The translations under genes were made by a program, and so were the position numbers. A stretch of 64,000 nt of DNA from Tubulanus polymorphus (lineage: Eukaryota; Animalia; Nemertea), in assembly GCF_964204645.1 (NCBI RefSeq), contig NC_134025.1:30546299-30610298 (forward strand), written 5' to 3'. The notes beneath the pieces are model-generated. The model saw only the letters and a program-made list of their open reading frames with translations. It ran no database searches and was not told the DNA's origin. This document shows, piece after piece, positions 57,201 to 64,000 of this stretch. Numbering within the stretch: position 1 is the first letter of the stretch; each line of letters opens with the position of its first letter.

Positions 57201-60200
57201 TTGATTAAATTCTGTATTTGTAGATGAGGGGTGGTCGTCAAGACAACAGCGACGAAGGGGAGCTGGAGTACGATACGGGGCAACCGGTCCCGTACCAGGC
57301 CCGAAACTTTAAGTAAGTCCCTGAAGCTGAATGTTGAAAATCCGCAATTCTGAGTTTAAAAGTTTGACTCTAGACTTGAATTTTCACAATTTTTTTGCCC
57401 TAGTGTGAAATTTCAACTGAGTACTATAGAACCTGATTCGGTATCACATGATATATTGTTAATGCGCGTATTATTTTTTATTTGGTGACATTTATGAGAC
57501 GATATTTTAATTTTGACAACCGTGGCGACGACGTGTGCGTGCGTATAAACGAGATAAATTCCCATAGCTGTTATTGAAAACATGAACGTTCAGTTATTGA
57601 TTGATTTCATTTAAAAAAAGTATCTGAATAGAAATAACATGATTATATTGATGTCGTGCTGACACAACTCATTAGCATTCATTGTGTTTATATAATGTTT
57701 GTAAATCCACATATCTGATTCCTCGTCACAATCTGTTAAAAGAGTTGTACAGCATAGGAGCCGCTAAATCAGTGAATGTGAAATCAGGTAGTACTGTTTG
57801 TAGGTTAACTGATTTATTAGAATTATGCGAGCATTCGCTATTAGTTCACAATACAGCAGATTCATCGGGTAAATGAGCCATTTTACTATATACTAGTAAC
57901 GAAAGCTCTTTGTATTTATAATTTAAAATCAAATTAACCAACGAAGTACTAGCAGTTTATCACGTGAACTGAAACGGAGAAGTGGCCAACTTTACTGACC
58001 AGTGACAATATTAAAACTGCATTGTGATTATTGTTGTAGAGGGAAATGAATAAAATGTCTTCCCATAATTAGAGAAACAAATCTATAAGTGAAAACAACT
58101 TATCTAAACACTTCAGTCTTCTTGATACCATTTTCAAAACAAATGTATGAAAAAGAAAAACCAATGATCAGTCATAGAACAATTAGTATACATGTATATA
58201 GTTCTAATATCTGGGCCAGAATAATTCTGTCGCACTCAAAGATGACTGCTATCATCAAAATAGTCTTCCAAAGTTATTCTTAGTTTGAATATTTTCAGGT
58301 CATCGACGCTACTGAAAATGGTCTCCGTCCCTCAACGTCATCCAGATGCATTTTATTCTAAAAATGGTTTTCCGAAAAAGAAAGGCATAATTTTACACAC
58401 AGACCGATATCAATGGGACGAAAAGAGAATTCTAGAAAAGTGAGTTTCAACACACAGCAACGAGCTGTTAGATTTAATATTGATTTATCATTTATTGTGA
58501 GAAATGTTCGCTATAAATACTTATCAATATTGATACACAATATTTGCTAAAAAAAAAATCAATATTCATCAATATTGCTAAAATACTTGTTGTTATTCGT
58601 TTTTGAAGTCGACAAACTCAACGCGAACGAATGCAAGCTGAAATGGCTCAATTAGAAAAACTAAGAAATTCAAAACGAAAACTAGAAACTAAAATTCCTC
58701 ATCGCGTCAATCACGGGCTCTTACTGGGAGGTACTAAAATAGAATTCGAAGAAAGGTAATACAGCGGACTCCGATCAAGTGAGAATTCTATATCTAATTC
58801 TATATGTGATGTTTCAATACATATAAATGTGTTTATTTTAGAGTTGATATATCTGGTGAATTAGATCGATTAAAAGCACTAGTTTTACCACCCGGAGCTC
58901 GAGAATTATTCGTCGGGAAAGGTTTTATGCTTCCAGAGTAAGTTTTTAACAAATTAATTACATCGTCAAAAAAGTTTTGAAATGAATAGAATTATGGAGA
59001 TCGATATAAAATTCTATTTTTAGAAATCATCAGATATTGAAACCTCGTAAAAAGCCTCCTCCACCGACACCGCAGGAGGATACACGTACGTTATACCTCA
59101 CTCCGTATAGATTTACAAATTGTTATCTGAGAAGAGTAGAATTGATCGATTTTATTAATGAACGGCTTTCAACACCTCGCTTTATTGCAAATGCTTTCCA
59201 TGTGTGGCTCTACCTCCGAACAGCAGTGTATTATTAGTGTTTACCATGTGTGGGTTTGAATATAACGGAAATTTCAAACACGGATTGATTGAATATAATA
59301 ATAGTAATAACAGCTCATATATAACTATATGAGTGGCACTTTATACACCATACACACCTGTGTGACGACGAGGGTTGATTTTCATAAACACTTCATTCTG
59401 ATAATCCGATACTCCTCGCGACTGTTTCATTTAGATATACATGTGTTTCTCTAACGGTTCAAGAGTAGATTTAGAAATAAATATTAACAACCTTCCTAGA
59501 AATCATATTAGTATTGAGATTTATTTTGATTGATTGAATGACTTGATGGCTTTAGAATTCCAGACCGCTGCGACCTGTCCCTCGCATAACGTTTTAACAT
59601 TATGTTGCTGTAATAGGAAATTTCAAAATTTCTTCAAAGACTTTGTGATGATAAACTTCATTTGAAATTCCTTCAACTGATTCTTCATAGATCTGTGTTT
59701 GCTCTTTATTAGTCATACAGTCGGCTCCTCCCACTTTCTGTAGAAAAGACTCTAGTACTAGTGACTGCGGTGCTGCGTACACGCGAGAATGCAGCTGTAC
59801 CAGATTGCCTGCACTTCCTAAGATGAACACTTTGATGCGACGCGGTAAAAAACGCAAGTCAATTGATGAAACGAATCTGCCCTCGATTAGCAGACGAAAT
59901 TCTAAAATAGGTACAAACCATGTGATGTACATTCATTTCTTTACTGAGGTCTCCGATTGATAAGCGACCTCAATGTTGAGGCCCTCAGTGTTAACTTCTC
60001 TGTGAGGCCCATTGCCTCTGTGGGCTCCTTTGTGTTGAGGTCTCTCATCGATGAAAGTCTCACAGTTGAGGTCTCCATGAAGCCCTTTTTCTCTGTAAGG
60101 TCCTCAATGTTGAGGTCTCTGATTGATGAGTGGCCTCAATTTTGAGATCTCTGTGAAGCCCACTGTCTCTGCGAGGTCCTTAGTATTGATGTCTCTGATT

Positions 60201-62746
60201 GATGAAGACCTCAGTTTAACTCAGGTGTTGGGTGATACACATTTGGTTTTTGATATTTTTTATTTTTTGAGTTTAATGTTTTTCACGCATTAGTTTTTCA
60301 GCCACTGACAACTGTGTCAATCATCTATTGTCTGTCATTTCATTCTGATTTCTTCAAATTTCTTTAGTTGAGTGATTTTTCTTGCTTATAGTAATTTTTC
60401 TATTAGAATTGATGTACATATTTGTCAGTAGGTGCAGTTTCTTTTTATCTCACACTCTGCTAATTGCTGCACACACAATTCATGCTGTCTCTGACCACAG
60501 CGTAGAGCGAGTGTAAGCAGAAAGTTTGATGGTACATGCAGTTGTTTGATAAAAATTGATGAATGCTTTGTACGGAGACATCAAATAAAATCAAAAGACA
60601 TTTTGTTTTGTGTCTCAAATGCTCCGAATGCTGTTCCATTGAATATCTTCAAAAAATGTTAAAGATGTATGAAAGATCAAAGATTATTTTGTTTCTGATC
60701 TGGGTTCAGTTTCATGAATGTTATAAACTCAATATGTATGGCTTAGTTACTATTGAATTATCAATATCTACAAACTTGATTAAAAATAGCTGTTTTTAAG
60801 TCATGAAACTTGAGCCTGATATTTATTCCCAGTTGTAATTGTTATTATATGTATGATTTACCTATTTGAAGGTGGTCAGTCAAATAAACCGTCGACTTCT
60901 GTCAATGTATCGAACATAAGATTCGAGAACCCGGTGAAGAAGAAAGATATGTATGAGAATTGTGAGGAGAAAGTTCCAGATTGGGCTAAAGAAGATGATG
61001 AGTAAGTTTAAACAGGATTCTGAATTCGAGGACATTTTCAAAATAGCTGCTTTTACAGTCTTTATCATCATTCAGTCTCTTGTACTGAATTATATCGAAA
61101 TTTATTAAAGATTTAAACCAAAGACAAATAATATTTTTGGGCTCTCACTGGAAACTTGTCAGTAATGTAAATGTTATGTATTGTTTTAGCATGGAATCTT
61201 AAGTCCATGGTTTCAGTGAACTCATCATTTGTAGTGTTTTTATAATCGGATGGGTTTATATTAGCGAGATTATGAAACTATACGACAGTTTACTAGAAAC
61301 CAGGTTTGATCTAACTATTTTATTAATTCAGTGATAATCCAGAAGCTGATGTAGAAATCAAACTTCCAGCGTCGGCTCGCGCTGAACAACAAGCACCAGT
61401 TGGGGATCTGATTCCTATACCGGGCAGCCCGATGAAATCTATCACTCCAAATCCACTTAAAGCGGCTGATCTTAAAACCAATGTTTCCGATGAAGAGAGA
61501 AATCAACTTTCTGAAGCTTTCAGGAGACTGGATACAGATTCAGATGGGTAAATATTTATATGTAGATTTCTTATAATAATCATCACCATAATCCATATAG
61601 AATATGCTCTTTGTGTTGATATGCGTTAAAACAACAGATGCGACAATATATAGTATGTTGATGTGATGGAAATTAACTAATAGTTGACATCTAAATTGAC
61701 AGGCATTTACTGTATCAACAGTTGAAAACACAGTTTCCAGAAGTTTTGAGTCAACAACAGGAACGATATCTCAAAGTGGTTTGTATTGATTAAGATATTC
61801 AGCTCGATGTTATTAAGACCGGTGAATATTGCAGAGGGTATTAAATGTTTCAGGTGTACGATATTACTAGCGCAAGTACTTACTTCGGAATCGAAGAATT
61901 CATCACTTTAACTCATCTCATGCAAAGAATTGAAAATCTAAGGTAAACATCAAATTCAAAATTAGTCAATTATTCAATAAGAATATATATCTGGTGTATG
62001 AATGATTTAATTTCTGGTTTATAGTGAAGTATTGAAGAATTCTTATGAGAAAATAGACATGTTAGAAATCAAAGATGATGTCATACAATATGTGGTAAGT
62101 GTTGGACCTGGTTTCACACCCCCCTATATACATCTCTCTCTCTCCTCTCATTCAGTCCCCTCTTAATATCTTTCTCTATCTCTCTCCTCTCTGTCACTTA
62201 CTCTGATTCTACTAACACTTGATATTACTAGGTAGAACATTCCAACTTGCAGGTGGGCAAATTTAAAAGCTCTCTCAGCAAAATTTCTATATATATATAT
62301 ATCATAGGTTTTACTGGTTGATTAAAATCCTGACTGACTATCTCCTCTATACATCTCTCCTCTCACCTCTCTTTATATCACTCTCCTCTCTCTCTCTATC
62401 TCTCTCCTCTCTGTCACATACTCTGATTCTACTTACAGGAATTATTTGAATCACTGGACAGAGAATCGATGGGAGTAATGTCGATGGAATCAATTGAAGA
62501 AATTCTCAGTTCATCTTTCGAAACAAATCCGGATGAAAAACCAGAATTATTCCAAGAGATTTTACCAGTGATAAATCCAGTAGGTATTTCAATACACGTA
62601 CCTCGCAACTGCTGGAAAAATATCGAAAAAAATTACTAATATTTTTGAAATTAATTTTTCAGGAAAATCAGGACACAGTTTCAAAAATGGACTTTCTTTC
62701 GTACATTCCTTATTTCATATACATGAAGAAATCAGCGATGAATTGA
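54278..62746 (+). CDS. Uncharacterised protein with long low-complexity N-terminus and C-terminal EF-hand-like domain, multi-exon
   Basis: In-frame exon chain from MAVSQHREP through GFQIEPDNK, MRGGRQDNS, KGIILHTDRYQWDE and LDRLKALVLPP to EERNQLSEAFRRLDTDSDGHL, ELFESLDRESMGVMS and VSKMDFLSYIPYFIYMKKSAMN*. Requires one GC donor at 55316. Confidence 0.8.
54637..54735. mobile_element. Palindromic MITE family copy
   Basis: GGACCCAGTTCGACAGTT...AACTGTTGAACTTGGTCC. Confidence 0.7.
59945..60215. repeat. Degenerate tandem repeat of about 75 bp (3+ units) in an intron of the EF-hand gene
   Basis: Units start at 59998, 60073 and 60149, sharing the motif GTTGAGGTCTCT...ATTGATGA. Confidence 0.7.
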
Positions 62747-63764
62747 GAACTATTTCATTTATAAAAACCAAACCAAACACTGTGATTGAACTGTATGATA
62801 AATTACGTGTACAGGGTAGATAGATACTTCCGTCCACGATTCAAAGATGTTTTACTCGATTTTTATTCGATAGTAAATATTCCCAAAAGATCTGATTTTA
62901 TAGATTTGTTTATATCGTCAATATATTGTATTAATTTACAAAACGCATCACGATATTGTAATATTTTATCAAGTTTGATGTTAGAGATTTTTATACCGCG
63001 ACATCAATGGTTTCAATGAGTTCAAGCTGTAAATAAAGTCTCACTCTCTGCAGGTATAATAATCATGCGTTAAAATGCACGACTCAATGAAAGCTAGTTG
63101 CAGAATTAGGTTTTGATTGTGAAAATGTATTCGATCTGATTACGATTACAAAATTATGTCAAAAACTTTTGTTTTGTTTTCGTTAAAACATTTGAAATGA
63201 ATATTTTGTAAGATTGCGGTGAATTGAATATATTCAGTTATTGAATTGGCTGTTTCTGTGGTTTTTTTCTGATTTTTGAAAGAGGATGTCCCGGGCTCGA
63301 ATCAGAAACACCTACGGGTCTATCAATTAAAGCTACAGTATATTGCTATGAAACCTAACATAAAAAACATTCTAAATTACGCGGGGCGTCACACGTCGGC
63401 TTGTCTACCATCGAATTCTAATTTATTATCAGCGATGATTTTGACAAGATTATTAAAGAAGCAAATTCGGAATTGAGTTGATTTAGTCAGTTTAGCAAAA
63501 TTCTAATAGATGGCGATCTATAATTTTTGAACTTCGGCCTTGATTATGAAATCCCGCGATCCTTACTTTTCGGTGCGAGGATCATAAAGTTTTAGTGGTT
63601 TCAACAATCGACTTTTGACCACTGGTCAGTCCAAAATTCCATTATCGAAAAGTGATATATAACAATCGGAACAAGCAAATTCAATCTAGTGTAATTGAGA
63701 AATATAGTTTTTGAACCCGATTTTGGAAATCCAGCGCAGTGAATCAAAATAAGTCACTTCCGAT

Positions 63765-63938
63765 ACAGTTTCACAGTTGAGAGTTCAGATTTGATTCAAA
63801 CATTACCATAGACTTTTCGGTTTTTAAGACCAAGTAACTTATTGGAAATTAACAAATTTCAACTGAAGATCTGACTCAAGGTAACTAATTGAAAATTAAC
63901 TAATCCATCTCGAGTCAAGAACTGTGGAATAACTGGGT
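63765..63938. mobile_element. Palindromic MITE family copy
   Basis: CAGTTTCACAGTTGAGAGTT...AGAACTGTGGAATAACTGGG. Confidence 0.6.
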
Positions 63939-64000
63939 ATTGAAGTTTAAACTTGTTCTTGGAATTATTCGCACGTTTTATAAACACACGTGCGGCCTGG

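Overview
AT-rich, intron-dense genomic DNA from an invertebrate animal, with short GT-AG introns and no prokaryotic features. Seven protein-coding genes were reconstructed by hand across splice junctions. The minus strand carries a tightly packed ATM -> KAT5/Tip60 -> MCFD2 run and an intronless GPR22-like GPCR. The plus strand carries ZC3H15 (head-to-head with ATM), myosin VI and an uncharacterised C-terminal EF-hand protein. Introns contain many copies of a short palindromic MITE family and several micro/minisatellites. Most notable: (1) MCFD2 has three tandemly duplicated, in-frame alternative last exons, each encoding a different second EF-hand; (2) ATM lies about 180 bp upstream of its known activator Tip60; (3) a multi-hairpin element ending in a T-run, with B-box-like and 7SK-like motifs, sits between KAT5 and MCFD2; (4) a 15-nt MYO6 microexon candidate lies at the position of the vertebrate small insert; (5) a deleted partial copy of GPR22 lies upstream of the gene. 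Gene identities rest on recognising the translated exons; no searches were run.
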